DNA from: an uncultured Verrucomicrobiae bacterium
GTDB taxonomy: Bacteria; Verrucomicrobiota; Verrucomicrobiia; Chthoniobacterales; Chthoniobacteraceae
DNA: 64,000 nt
Reading direction: 5' to 3'
Assembly (NCBI GenBank): GCA_963828525.1
Contig: CAWHEP010000016.1
Coordinates: 1 to 64,000, forward strand
This document shows, piece after piece, positions 51,401 to 60,266 of this stretch; the first letter of the stretch is position 1, and the number at the start of each line of letters is the position of its first letter. Made by a program: the position numbers and the translations under genes. A model generated the notes under the pieces. It searched no databases, had not been told where the DNA came from, and was given only the letters and a program-made list of their open reading frames with translations.

Positions 51401-52321
51401 CTTGAGAAAATCAGGGAGGTGGCTGGAGCGTTCGCATACCGTTCGCCAATCGTGTTTGAAGGCAATGCTCCCGCGGATCTGCAAGAAAATACATTGTTAA
51501 ACGCCGTTTTGAGCACGGCGCCTCTCACGTTTCCGCGCAATCCGAAAGCGTGGCTCGGGGCTGCGAACTCCATCAAAGGGCCGACCGAAGCGGAGTTCAG
51601 GAGCCAGAGCGGCGGCAACCTGCTTATTGTGGGACAGCGGGAAGAGACCGCCCTCAATCTGCTTGGTGTCTGCCTCTTGGCGCTGGCTGCGCAGTACCCC
51701 GCAGGATCAGCAGCCTTCTACTTCCTCACCAGCGCAAGCCCCGGTTCTCATGACGCGGAGTTCATCAATCAGTTCACGTCCGTCTTCCCCCGTGGAGTGG
51801 TCCTCGTACGTCCCCCGGATGCGTCGGCGCTCATCGAGAAACTAACGGAGCGGCTGAAGCGTAGTATGGCGGGCGAGGAAACCTTGCCCGCGGACGAACC
51901 CGCATACATCTTCGTTCACGGCATTCAGAAGTTCAGGAAATTGCGTTTCGAGGAAAGTTTCGATTTCTCTGGCGATTCGGCCGCGGATACGGGACGCCAG
52001 TTTAACGACATCATCATTGAAGGCAGCGCTCATGGAATTCACGTCTTGGGAACAGTCGACACCTACGCCAGCGTCAACCGCGTGATGAGCCGGAAGGCGC
52101 TGGGCGAATTTGGAATGCGAGTTGTCTTTCAGATGAGCGCGAACGATTCTGCCAGCCTCATAGAATCTCCGCTGGCGAACAATCTCGGGCTGCATCGCGC
52201 GATTTTCTATAGCGAAAATGAGGGCGTTACGGAGACCTTCCGGCCCTACGCGGCGATGACTCGGGAGTGGCTGGCATTCGCGAGGTCACAGCGCCCCAAA
52301 CAGGAGGCAATTCGCGCGTGA
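48443..52321 (+). CDS. FtsK/SpoIIIE-domain ATPase, EccC/EssC-like
   Basis: Coiled coil, 2 TM helices, coiled coil, then one intact FtsK domain (AGKTGSGKST, IDFKKG, IIDEFQ, RQGRAFGIHVLLGSQ) flanked by two degenerate domains. Confidence 0.9.
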   Translation: MSEGARLEVRKVMDLAARLRATVSDFAAREEHILRAAATERQNARSKCQQGAQQASDAAAGRVSRFIAACEASAQKYTDTHSARRSRILRFQAASLRSLPRRAVNAKESWMGELQMERFQAERKRDAGMQAAEQRFRESSTELARMRASLGALRSRARTFFAGYLSLGLKLKRITETGAPAGAEDVEGSFKQFQEHLAIAAERLRVFRAFLLPRVFSYLPVYVLALLLVAGCAVGAWSGAVPHYIEWGVGAGFSLAVLFSIHHLGFRQSKGAAMGALRALSEVTDMHASCRAALADKRDGDFAALRAQCDETLARIEARWKGADSIEADFDGRARSRLEARVPRVLSRNDAQLQRRLRIVQSECETGSKASTLEAAEIKARLEAERNLRLTSVERQAASSMETLVAEWIRETSPVVEEISTLQNLAISLSEPFTPRFVDEWKPPARFAGAARFGSLVLDLDSLPAKPRDLRLQIAVANPVSLPMCLVFPEAGSMLFETREPCGGAVMATMNNIVLRLFTASPPGKVSFTIIDPIALGRNFSGLMHLSDYEDSLINRKIWTQKDQIDERLGELSEHIEKVIQMYLRDEYATIAEYNEQAGSVSEKYHFLVIADFPAGFSEIASKRLRSIALSGPRCGIFTLAHWDQRQQLPDEFGADELRSASVCIHWENGVSVARGQQSGTLILDEPPVTEVSLALVHKIGQSSIDSNRVQVPFSMVAPAPDEIWKGETSAELRVAIGRTGATKLQILAIGKGTRQHALFAGKTGSGKSTLFHVIITNLALTYSPDQVEFYLIDFKKGVEFKCYAARRLPHARVVAIESDREFGLSVLQRVDEELRRRGDMFRALGAQDIAGYKRAGGKEAVPRCLLIIDEFQEFFVEDDQIAQTASLLFDRIVRQGRAFGIHVLLGSQTLGGAYSLARATLGQMVIRVALQCNEADAYLIMDDSNPAPRLLSRPGEGIYNDAAGAVEGNSPFQVVWLPDEERDRCLEKIREVAGAFAYRSPIVFEGNAPADLQENTLLNAVLSTAPLTFPRNPKAWLGAANSIKGPTEAEFRSQSGGNLLIVGQREETALNLLGVCLLALAAQYPAGSAAFYFLTSASPGSHDAEFINQFTSVFPRGVVLVRPPDASALIEKLTERLKRSMAGEETLPADEPAYIFVHGIQKFRKLRFEESFDFSGDSAADTGRQFNDIIIEGSAHGIHVLGTVDTYASVNRVMSRKALGEFGMRVVFQMSANDSASLIESPLANNLGLHRAIFYSENEGVTETFRPYAAMTREWLAFARSQRPKQEAIRA

Positions 52322-52339
52322 GGCGCTTTACGGTACGAT

Positions 52340-53071
52340 ATGCGTCTGGGCGTTAACATCGATCATGTGGCCACGTTGCGGCAGACGCGCTACGCGGCCT
52401 CCCCGGAATCAGAAAACCGCGAGCCGGATTTGGTGACCGCGGCCGGCGCTTGCGAGCGGGCGGGCGCGCAGGGAATCACGGTGCATCTGCGCGCCGACCG
52501 GCGTCATGTGCAGGAAACCGACGTGGAGCGCTTGCGCCAGAGCGTGATCACGAAGCTGAATCTCGAGATGGGCAACACGCCTGAAATTTTAGAAATCGCC
52601 CTTCGCGTTCTTCCTGAGGATGTTTGCCTCGTTCCGGAAAATCGCCGCGAGATCACCACGGAGGGCGGCCTGAACGCCGCGGCGAGTATAAAGCAGCTTC
52701 AACCCACCGTGCGACGCCTTCAGATCGCGGGTATTCGCGTCAGCTTATTCATAGAAGCCGACCCCGCGCAGATTGACGCCGCGAAGCAACTCGGCGCGGA
52801 CGCCGTCGAACTCCACACTGGCGCGTTTGCTAACGCGACCGGCAAGGAAAAGGTAGAGGAGTTGCGCAGGCTCACCGGAGCTTCAGCCTACGCTCATAAG
52901 GCGGGACTTCTCGTGAATGCCGGGCACGGGATCAACTACGCCAACGCCCGTAAAATCTGTTCGATCCCTCATCTGGAGGAGTTGAACATTGGGCATTCAA
53001 TCATATCGCGCGCCATCTTCGTCGGGTTGGACACGGCCGTTGCCGAGATGCTCGCGCTTCTCGGCGAGTAA
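52340..53071 (+). CDS. pdxJ: Pyridoxine 5'-phosphate synthase
   Basis: LGVNIDHVATLR, ITVHLR.DRRH, VELHTG and LNIGH motifs. Confidence 0.97.
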   Translation: MRLGVNIDHVATLRQTRYAASPESENREPDLVTAAGACERAGAQGITVHLRADRRHVQETDVERLRQSVITKLNLEMGNTPEILEIALRVLPEDVCLVPENRREITTEGGLNAAASIKQLQPTVRRLQIAGIRVSLFIEADPAQIDAAKQLGADAVELHTGAFANATGKEKVEELRRLTGASAYAHKAGLLVNAGHGINYANARKICSIPHLEELNIGHSIISRAIFVGLDTAVAEMLALLGE

Positions 53072-53072
53072 A

Positions 53073-53291
53073 CTACGGAGTCGCGGTGGGAATAGGGGAG
53101 GGGATAGCCGGAATTGGCGTCGTCGCGGGCAGGGGCGAATCGGCTGGGGTCGTCATCGCTGTCGGCTCCGGCGAGGGTCCTGAGTTTACGGGAGTTTTAT
53201 CCTGCGATTCAGCATCATTCCTTGGACAGCCGAGAAGTGAAACTGCGATAGCGGGGATCAGGAGAAAAGCGAAAACACGGAGGTTATTCAT
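53073..53291 (-). CDS. Small Pro/Thr-rich putative lipoprotein
   Basis: Signal peptide with lipobox LLGC and a low-complexity tail. Confidence 0.55.
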   Translation of the reverse strand: MNNLRVFAFLLIPAIAVSLLGCPRNDAESQDKTPVNSGPSPEPTAMTTPADSPLPATTPIPAIPSPIPTATP

Positions 53292-53401
53292 ACCTCATAT
53301 TCGAGGAACGGAGGCCACTCTGCCGTGAAAACGGAGATTTATTTTACATTTCGATGAATATTTATTGACGCTGTTTGCTGGACGATGATAAATTCGTTCG
53401 C

Positions 53402-54013
53402 ATGAAGATACTTCTTTCCCTCCTCCTGTGTTTTCTGTTCCTGAACGCCGAGACCAACGCGCAACAGAGTAATATCGCCAGTAATGGAGGGCCAAATTAC
53501 GGCTCTCTGGGTAACTTGAATGGAACCTACGCGGGGGTGTTAACACCTTCGACGGGTTCTCCGACGAATGCTCTGGGTCTCTTCGACCTTGTTCTGAAGA
53601 CGACTGGAATCGGGGTTGGCAGCTTTCTGGTGTTCGAGAACGGTCTTAGCTTCAGCGGCACCATAGACGCGATAGGCGATCCTACCACCTTCTCCATTAA
53701 GGGAATTCTGCAGGCGGGGTTCTTTCAGACCTTTCCGTTCATTAACATTTTCGGCGTGCAAAGTTTCTCACAACAGGAGATCGCGACAGCAAATGGCGCG
53801 CTGACCGCTTCTGCAGCTGCAAGTCAGTCCGCCGGTGGAAGCGCCTTTGGCACCGCCCTGACTGGCACCGCGACCGTAAGTGTAGTGGCTATCAACGGCA
53901 ATTTTTTCAACAGTAACATAGACTTGGTGAAGGGCACGCAAACCTTCATTGTGGACGGTTTCCAGCAATCCGCTTCCCAAACCTCGTTGCAGAACGTCGT
54001 GACGGGGACTTAA
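53402..54013 (+). CDS. Secreted hypothetical protein, beta-strand and Gly rich
   Basis: Signal MKILLSLLLCFLFLNAETNA; promoter TTGACG-18-TAAATT directly upstream. Confidence 0.7.
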   Translation: MKILLSLLLCFLFLNAETNAQQSNIASNGGPNYGSLGNLNGTYAGVLTPSTGSPTNALGLFDLVLKTTGIGVGSFLVFENGLSFSGTIDAIGDPTTFSIKGILQAGFFQTFPFINIFGVQSFSQQEIATANGALTASAAASQSAGGSAFGTALTGTATVSVVAINGNFFNSNIDLVKGTQTFIVDGFQQSASQTSLQNVVTGT

Positions 54014-54084
54014 GAATTGACGCCCTGGTGGCTCCGGGGCCACCCGGTGCCGGTCGACCTGTCCCCCGCAGTCTCGGTGACGAG

Positions 54085-54615
54085 ATGAAGGTGCATCAAA
54101 ACGATCGCGGTCTGACTTTGTTGGAACTGCTGACGGTTCTGGTAGTCGTTGCCATCCTCATATTGATGATCATACCCGCCCTGGCGAGTATGAAAAATCG
54201 CGCTGAGAAATTCACCTGTATGGCGCGTCTGCGCGGCCTCTTTACAGGAGCGAATGCCTATGTGCAGCAGTATGGATACTGGCCCCAAGTTGATCGATCG
54301 CTGGCCGGGACACAATCGAAGCTCTACTACGAGAAGTGGATCGAGGCCTTCCTGCCTTTTGGAATCACCCGGGAGGGCTGGGTGTGCCCATCCATCCAGA
54401 GAGAGATGGGAAATCCAAACCTCGACGACCCATCCAACTACCGTAGCGATTACGCGCCTATGGTTTTTGACGCAAAGCCTAACACCCCTTACCGGTGGCC
54501 CACTATGCCGTGGTTCGTTGAGAAGGGGGATATCCACGGCACGGGAAATCTCGTTGTCCTGACGAACGGCTCGATTGAAGATGTGGATACACTTAAAAGC
54601 CAGGTTGGCCACTGA
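54085..54615 (+). CDS. Prepilin-type N-terminal cleavage/methylation protein with H-X9-DG-like C-terminal motif
   Basis: RG|LTLLELL followed by a hydrophobic helix; C-terminal HGTGNLVVLTNG. Confidence 0.85.
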   Translation: MKVHQNDRGLTLLELLTVLVVVAILILMIIPALASMKNRAEKFTCMARLRGLFTGANAYVQQYGYWPQVDRSLAGTQSKLYYEKWIEAFLPFGITREGWVCPSIQREMGNPNLDDPSNYRSDYAPMVFDAKPNTPYRWPTMPWFVEKGDIHGTGNLVVLTNGSIEDVDTLKSQVGH

Positions 54616-54630
54616 GCGCGCGCCCTCTTT

Positions 54631-55215
54631 TCATCGGTCAGTGGTCAGAAAAAAGAGAAGCTGGCCAATCGCCGCCGCGCGATGACTTGATCGGTTCTTT
54701 ATCTCTGGGGGCAGTTCCGCGTAGGTAAGATCGTAGCCGCAAGGGATAAACAGAGAGTCATAGCCAAAGCCGTGGCTGCCTCTCTCGGATTCTGAGATCC
54801 ACCCCTCCACCAAACCGTTGAATGTGGCAATAGAAATGCCGTTCTCCGCCAGGGCGAGAACACAGCGAAACCTGGCGGCGCGGTCGGGTGCGTTACCCAG
54901 CTTTCTCAGAAGGCGCTCCCTGTTGGCTCTGTCATTCGCTCTCTCGCCAGCATAGCGAGCAGAGCGCACCCCCGGCGCGCCTCCCAGGGCATCCACTTCG
55001 AGCCCGGAGTCGTCAGCGACGACCAGCCCAGGGAAGTGGCGAGAGGCGGCGACAGCTTTAAGAATTGCGTTCTCTTCGAAGGTTGCCCCGCTTTCAACCG
55101 TCTCAGGGATTCCGGCCCGTTCAGTTAGATCGTCTATCTCAAAATCAGAGCCAAGAAGCTCGCGCAATTCACAGGTCTTGTTTGCATTGCGAGTCGCGAT
55201 GAGGAGTTTTTTCAT
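54631..55215 (-). CDS. rdgB: Non-canonical purine NTP pyrophosphatase
   Basis: ATRNANK, ADDSGL, PGVRSAR, GFGYD and SHR motifs. Confidence 0.95.
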   Translation of the reverse strand: MKKLLIATRNANKTCELRELLGSDFEIDDLTERAGIPETVESGATFEENAILKAVAASRHFPGLVVADDSGLEVDALGGAPGVRSARYAGERANDRANRERLLRKLGNAPDRAARFRCVLALAENGISIATFNGLVEGWISESERGSHGFGYDSLFIPCGYDLTYAELPPEIKNRSSHRAAAIGQLLFFLTTDR

Positions 55216-55284
55216 GAGGTAAATTGTTAGGCGCGCTTTCGCCCTTGTGAGGGAGTGGATTTCGATTAACCTCCGAGGGAAGAC

Positions 55285-55356
55285 ACACGCTTAGCTCAGT
55301 GGTAGAGCGGCTCCTTTACACGGAGCGGGTCGGGGGTTCAAATCCCTCAGCGTGTA
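55285..55356 (+). tRNA. tRNA-Val(TAC)
   Basis: ACACGCT/AGCGTGT acceptor stem, GCTCC-TTTACAC-GGAGC anticodon arm, GTTCAAATCC T-arm. Confidence 0.96.
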
Positions 55357-55363
55357 TTTAGGT

Positions 55364-56179
55364 TCAGACCGAGCGACGACGCCGGTGCTCAAGGATCAAC
55401 AAACCCGCGAGCGCGAACATCCCTCCGCTCCAAGACGCTGGTTCTGGAATGGCAACCTCTATCTGCGAAGCATATTCGCTCAACTGGACAAAGTAGGAAC
55501 CTGCGAATCGTCAACCGCCTCGTTTATTTCGGCCAGCATCCATTTGCCGGAGGCAGTGTCGTATATGAAGTCACCGCCGCCTGAATCCCCGGAAACCAAC
55601 TGCGCGGTGTTCGTGACACTGGAAGACCCCGCGGAAGTTGTTGCGAAGGCGGTGCTGAAATCCCTGCTCGTGTAGCCGCTGACTTGCGCGACCACTTCCA
55701 CTTTGGTCACGGTATCATAGCCCCATGTCTCTCCTTGTCCCCCTCCAAAACCTATCATGGCAACAGAGTCACCCGTTTGGCGGTCCGAAAACGGGATTAG
55801 GGCGGCGGTCGCTATGGCCAGAGGAGCGAGATTGGGCGTTCCCGTGATCTGGAACAGCGCTGAGATCTATGGTGCCACTCGAATCTTGAAATCCAACTGC
55901 GGAATTCGCGGCAGGGGAATAGGCGGTTTCCCCGAGGGTGAACGTGTGCGGGCCGACATGCCCGGCGGTCAGAACCCACGAATTGCCCATGTAAACACCG
56001 CTGGCGCTTCCTGCTTGTCCAACATAGTCCCATCCAGTGGTTCCAACGGACGGCCATCCAGCAGTCCAGCCCGGGATGTCTGCATTCGTGGGCGCAGTGG
56101 CATTGAAACCGCCATTGTTCTCCACAGCCAGCGCGCGAGAAGCGAGGATCAGGACAGAAATAGCCATGACGGCTCGCAC
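55364..56179 (-). CDS. Trypsin-like serine protease with PEP-CTERM tail; split by at least two frameshifts
   Basis: Signal peptide, VLTAGHV, GDSGG; a third frame gives IPEPASWSGGMFALAGLLILEHRRRRSV* ending at 55364. Confidence 0.75.
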
Positions 56180-56194
56180 GAGTGTTGTAGACGC

Positions 56195-56449
56195 TTACTT
56201 TTGATGCTCAACGACGTAATCGTGAATGGTGTTCACTGTAGCGAGCGCGTTTCGTGCCACCTCAGAATTCGGCACTGTAACGCCGAATTTTTTCTCCAAC
56301 GAGACGACGAGTTCAAGCGCGTCAATGGAGTCCAACCCCAATCCTTCCGCCCCGAATAGCGGCAGGTCATCTGAGATTTCCTCTTTTGGCACCTTCAACA
56401 TCAAATTTTCAACCATCATCACCTTGATGGTGTCGCGTAAATCTTCCAT
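56195..56449 (-). CDS. Acyl carrier protein
   Basis: GLGLDSIDALEL phosphopantetheine attachment motif; 84 aa, acidic. Confidence 0.92.
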   Translation of the reverse strand: MEDLRDTIKVMMVENLMLKVPKEEISDDLPLFGAEGLGLDSIDALELVVSLEKKFGVTVPNSEVARNALATVNTIHDYVVEHQK

Positions 56450-56519
56450 GGCTTCAGATACATGAATACATTGATAAAGCCCGCCTGCAATGGCTAAGCG
56501 CGAGGCTGATTGTTCGTTG

Positions 56520-57479
56520 CTATTGAACCGGGCAGCGAAGAGCGATCAGATTTGCCGCGACGATGAGACCGCCCCCAATCCAGAGCTCCGGGCTGGCCCG
56601 TTCGTTCACGTAAGCGATGGCCGACATCCTGGAAAGCCAGGACGGCAGCGCCATTGCAAAAGCGGTCGCGAATACCGGTTCGAAGCAATACGTCACGGTT
56701 GCAGCCGTTGCGCTCACTTCTTTCTGGAAATGGTTCATCAGAGTGAATGGAAGGACGGTGCAGACGATCGCAAGGACAGCGATGAGAACCCGAGCGGGCG
56801 ACGGGGCGAAAGCGAGCGAGATGTTTTGCGCGCTTCCCATTGAAATCAAAACGACTGGCAGTGTGACGGCCGCCACTGTCGTAAACATGATGGCAGTGGT
56901 GTATCGCGCGCGATTTCCTGCAAACCCAGGCTGTCCAAGCAGCACGATCTGGAAGGAGAAAGAGACCGCCCCGAGCAATGTCTCCAGTTCGCCTCGTCCC
57001 AGCCGCAAGTTGCCTGGGTTGATGTGGGCCAGCACGGTCACGCCTGCCAGCACGAGACAGCAGCAAATCAGCGCAGCCAGGGGAGGCCAGCGCCTCCTCT
57101 GCGCGGCCACGATCAGCGGTACGAGCACGCAAGTCGCCTGGGTCAGAAAGGCGGATGTGGATGCCTGGGTATAATATACGCCATCCATCTGCAGGAGCGT
57201 CCCTACGCCGCTGAAAAACCCCAGGCTAAGACCCTGGCGCAGTTCGCATCCTCTCATGCTTCCAGCGGTGGCCGCGCTGAAAGACAGCATGAGAACGGCA
57301 GCCAGACCGAAACGCAGCAAAACCTGGAGTGACGACAGGAACAAACTTCCCGCGGCCGGCGCCGCGTGAAACTGCGCCAACTCCGCCGCCTTGCAGAGTG
57401 GAAAGCTTACACCCCAACAAGCCGTGGCCAGCAACAGCAAACCGGTGGCTGCAAAGGGAGAAACGCGGGCTGTGCTCAT
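56520..57479 (-). CDS. DMT/EamA family transporter
   Basis: About 10 TM helices; WGVSF, LRF, SAFLT and EPVFA motifs. Confidence 0.88.
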   Translation of the reverse strand: MSTARVSPFAATGLLLLATACWGVSFPLCKAAELAQFHAAPAAGSLFLSSLQVLLRFGLAAVLMLSFSAATAGSMRGCELRQGLSLGFFSGVGTLLQMDGVYYTQASTSAFLTQATCVLVPLIVAAQRRRWPPLAALICCCLVLAGVTVLAHINPGNLRLGRGELETLLGAVSFSFQIVLLGQPGFAGNRARYTTAIMFTTVAAVTLPVVLISMGSAQNISLAFAPSPARVLIAVLAIVCTVLPFTLMNHFQKEVSATAATVTYCFEPVFATAFAMALPSWLSRMSAIAYVNERASPELWIGGGLIVAANLIALRCPVQ

Positions 57480-57533
57480 GCGAGGGAACAGACCGTAAGG
57501 TGAGCTCCGCTCCCCGCATATCGAAATGCGCGC

Positions 57534-58151
57534 TTATTCAGCCGAGCCCCAGGTCTCCTTGAGGTATTTCACGCGTCCGGATCCAACGTGGTAGGACTCA
57601 TAATGCTCGGGATTTTTCAGGTAATATTTCTGGTGGTATTCTTCCGCTGGCCAGAACCGCGAGGCTGCTACGATTTCGGTGGCGATCGGTTCCGCGAATT
57701 TGCCGGACTTGCCAAGGCGCTCTTTAGAAGCTTCTGCCTGCTCTTTCTGCTTCGCGTCGAGGTAAAAAATCGCCGTTGTGTACTGGTGGGCGATATCAGA
57801 GAACTGCCCGTCCGCCTGGGTCGGATTGATATGCTTCCAGAAAACATTCAGCACCTCGTCGAAGGAGATAACCGAGGGGTCGAACGTCACCTCAATGGAC
57901 TCCCGGTGGCCCGTCTTTCCCGCGGACACCTGTTCGTACGTCGGGCTCTCCTCCCGACCGCCTGTGTAGCCTACGACGGTCGAAACCACACCCTTGACCT
58001 TGTCGAATGGCTCCTGCATGCACCAGAAGCACCCGCCGGCAAAAACTGCCTTCTCGAGGTTCAACGAATCGGCTTTCCCTGCCGCGGCGCTTGCTGGCAA
58101 CGAAGCGCCACACGAGGCGAGAATCAGGAGGGTTAAGAGTATTTTGTTCAT
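57534..58151 (-). CDS. msrA: Peptide methionine sulfoxide reductase A with signal peptide
   Basis: FAGGCFWC, GYTGG, GHRE and AEEYHQKY motifs. Confidence 0.95.
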   Translation of the reverse strand: MNKILLTLLILASCGASLPASAAAGKADSLNLEKAVFAGGCFWCMQEPFDKVKGVVSTVVGYTGGREESPTYEQVSAGKTGHRESIEVTFDPSVISFDEVLNVFWKHINPTQADGQFSDIAHQYTTAIFYLDAKQKEQAEASKERLGKSGKFAEPIATEIVAASRFWPAEEYHQKYYLKNPEHYESYHVGSGRVKYLKETWGSAE

Positions 58152-58423
58152 ATGAGATGCGAGTCTTTCCGCCAAAGTTTGTTCCATCGTTAATCATTCG
58201 CCCCAGCGGGCGAGTTGGATTACACTTCGCAGGTTAAATCCTTCCCCTTGCCGACCGATTCGCATTAGCATACCGGAGAATGTCCTGGTGCTCCCCCTTC
58301 TCAGCGTCTCGCCTTTATGCCTGGACGATGATAATGAGTCACTCCCCGTCTCAAGAAGCCACGCGTTCTTGGCTGGTTGCCTAATTCGCGCGCCTCTTCT
58401 CCCACAAATCAGCTACATATCCC

Positions 58424-60130
58424 ATGCCACTTGAAGAAACCCGCTCACAATTGCCAAATCGCGCATTCTCATCCCAGGTAGTCGATGGCGCGGAGCGAGC
58501 GCCGAGTCGGGCGATGCTGCATGCCGTCGGATTCAAGCGGGAGGATTTCAGTAAATCCCAAGTCGGCATCGCGTCTACCTGGAGCATGGTGACCCCGTGC
58601 AACATGCATATCGACCAGCTCGCCCGGGAGGCGGCCGCGGCAGTGGACGCCGCTGGCGGCAAAGCGGTCATCTTCAACACAATAACCATCTCCGATGGTA
58701 TTTCCATGGGTACAGAAGGGATGAAGTATTCCCTCGTATCGCGCGAGGTGATCGCCGATTCCATCGAGACGGTTGTCGGCTGCGAGGGGTTTGATGGCTT
58801 CGTAGCTATCGGAGGATGCGATAAGAACATGCCGGGCTGCCTGATGGCCATGGCGCGGCTAAATCGACCTTCGATCTTTGTGTATGGGGGCACCATTCTG
58901 CCGGGCTGCCTGAACGGGAAGAAGCTGGACATCGTTTCAGTGTTCGAGGCGGTCGGAGCGCATGCGAACCAAAAAATCGACGATGCGGAACTTGCCAACA
59001 TCGAGGCTTGCGCGATCCCCGGCGCTGGCTCCTGCGGCGGCATGTACACCGCGAATACGATGGCCTCCGCCATTGAAGCGTTGGGAATGAGCCTCCCCAA
59101 CAGTTCGGCGCAGGACGCCATATCCAGTGCCAAGAGGAGTGACTGCCAGCTTGCCGGCAAGGCGGTGCTCGCTCTTTTGGAGAAGGGCATCCGGCCTTTG
59201 GATATAATGACGCGCAAGGCTTTTGAAAACGCCATCACGCTCTCCATCGCTTTAGGAGGCTCAACAAACGCGGTGCTCCATTTGCTTGCGATTGCGCACT
59301 CGGCGGGTGTGCCGCTTCAGATAGACGACTTCACAGAGATCGGAAAGCGGGTGCCGGTCCTCGCCGATCTGAAGCCCAGCGGCAAATACCTTATGGCGGA
59401 ATTGGTCGCGATTGGGGGCGTGACGCCGCTCATGAAAATGCTGTTGGACGCCGATTTGCTGCACGGGGATTGTATTACTGTCACGGGGAAAACGGTCCGC
59501 GAGAACCTGGCGGATGTTAAACCCTACCCACCCGGCCAGACAATCGTCCGGCCCATGGACGACCCTGTAAAGCGCGATAGTCACCTGGTGATTTTGTACG
59601 GCAATCTCGCGCCTACTGGCGCAGTGGCAAAGATCTCGGGAAAGGAAGGCATGCGCTTTACCGGCACCGCGCGGGTTTACGACGCGGAGGAACTTGCCCT
59701 GGAGCGGATTCTGGATGGCACAGTCAAAAAGGGTGATGTGGTTGTAATTCGGTACGAGGGCCCGGAGGGGGGGCCTGGCATGCGCGAGATGCTGGCTCCT
59801 ACCTCCGCCGTAATGGGGAAAGGTCTTGGCAAAGATGTTGCCCTCATCACCGATGGGCGTTTCTCAGGTGGAAGTCATGGCTTCGTCGTGGGGCACATCA
59901 CGCCCGAGGCTTTTCGCGGAGGGCCGCTTGCCATCCTGCGTGATGGTGATTGCATCACGGTGGACGCGGAGAAACGAACACTGAACGTTGAGCTGTCGCC
60001 GGAGGAGATTCAGTCCCGGTTCGCGGGCTGGAAAGCGCCGGCCCGCAGATACACGAGAGGCGTCCTCGCCAAATACGCGCGCCTGGTCGGGTCCGCCTCT
60101 TTCGGCGCTGTCACGGATGCCGGCCTTTGA
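58424..60130 (+). CDS. ilvD: Dihydroxy-acid dehydratase
   Basis: [28 protein letters not shown] and TDGRFSG motifs. Confidence 0.97.
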   Translation: MPLEETRSQLPNRAFSSQVVDGAERAPSRAMLHAVGFKREDFSKSQVGIASTWSMVTPCNMHIDQLAREAAAAVDAAGGKAVIFNTITISDGISMGTEGMKYSLVSREVIADSIETVVGCEGFDGFVAIGGCDKNMPGCLMAMARLNRPSIFVYGGTILPGCLNGKKLDIVSVFEAVGAHANQKIDDAELANIEACAIPGAGSCGGMYTANTMASAIEALGMSLPNSSAQDAISSAKRSDCQLAGKAVLALLEKGIRPLDIMTRKAFENAITLSIALGGSTNAVLHLLAIAHSAGVPLQIDDFTEIGKRVPVLADLKPSGKYLMAELVAIGGVTPLMKMLLDADLLHGDCITVTGKTVRENLADVKPYPPGQTIVRPMDDPVKRDSHLVILYGNLAPTGAVAKISGKEGMRFTGTARVYDAEELALERILDGTVKKGDVVVIRYEGPEGGPGMREMLAPTSAVMGKGLGKDVALITDGRFSGGSHGFVVGHITPEAFRGGPLAILRDGDCITVDAEKRTLNVELSPEEIQSRFAGWKAPARRYTRGVLAKYARLVGSASFGAVTDAGL

Positions 60131-60168
60131 ATCAAGCGCGCTGCGGTGGCAGAAAAAGCTGGGCGGCG

Positions 60169-60197
60169 TTGACATCCACTCCACGGCTATTTAATCT
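60169..60197 (+). promoter_or_regulatory. Sigma-70 promoter upstream of the pilus ATPase cluster
   Basis: TTGACA-17 nt-TAATCT. Confidence 0.6.
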
Positions 60198-60266
60198 GTC
60201 CCGCGAATACTTGCGGAATGAGCTTCGCTCGCTGGAATCGGGCTGCTTTATAATTCCTTCCCCCTT

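Noticed and set aside
47082..55356. Genomic island bounded by tRNA-Leu and tRNA-Val
   Set aside because: No integrase or att duplication was seen, both tRNA 3' ends point outward, and core genes pdxJ and rdgB lie inside.
58280..58384. 34-codon uORF and weak hairpins upstream of ilvD as an attenuator
   Set aside because: The peptide is not rich in Ile/Leu/Val and there is no U-tailed terminator.
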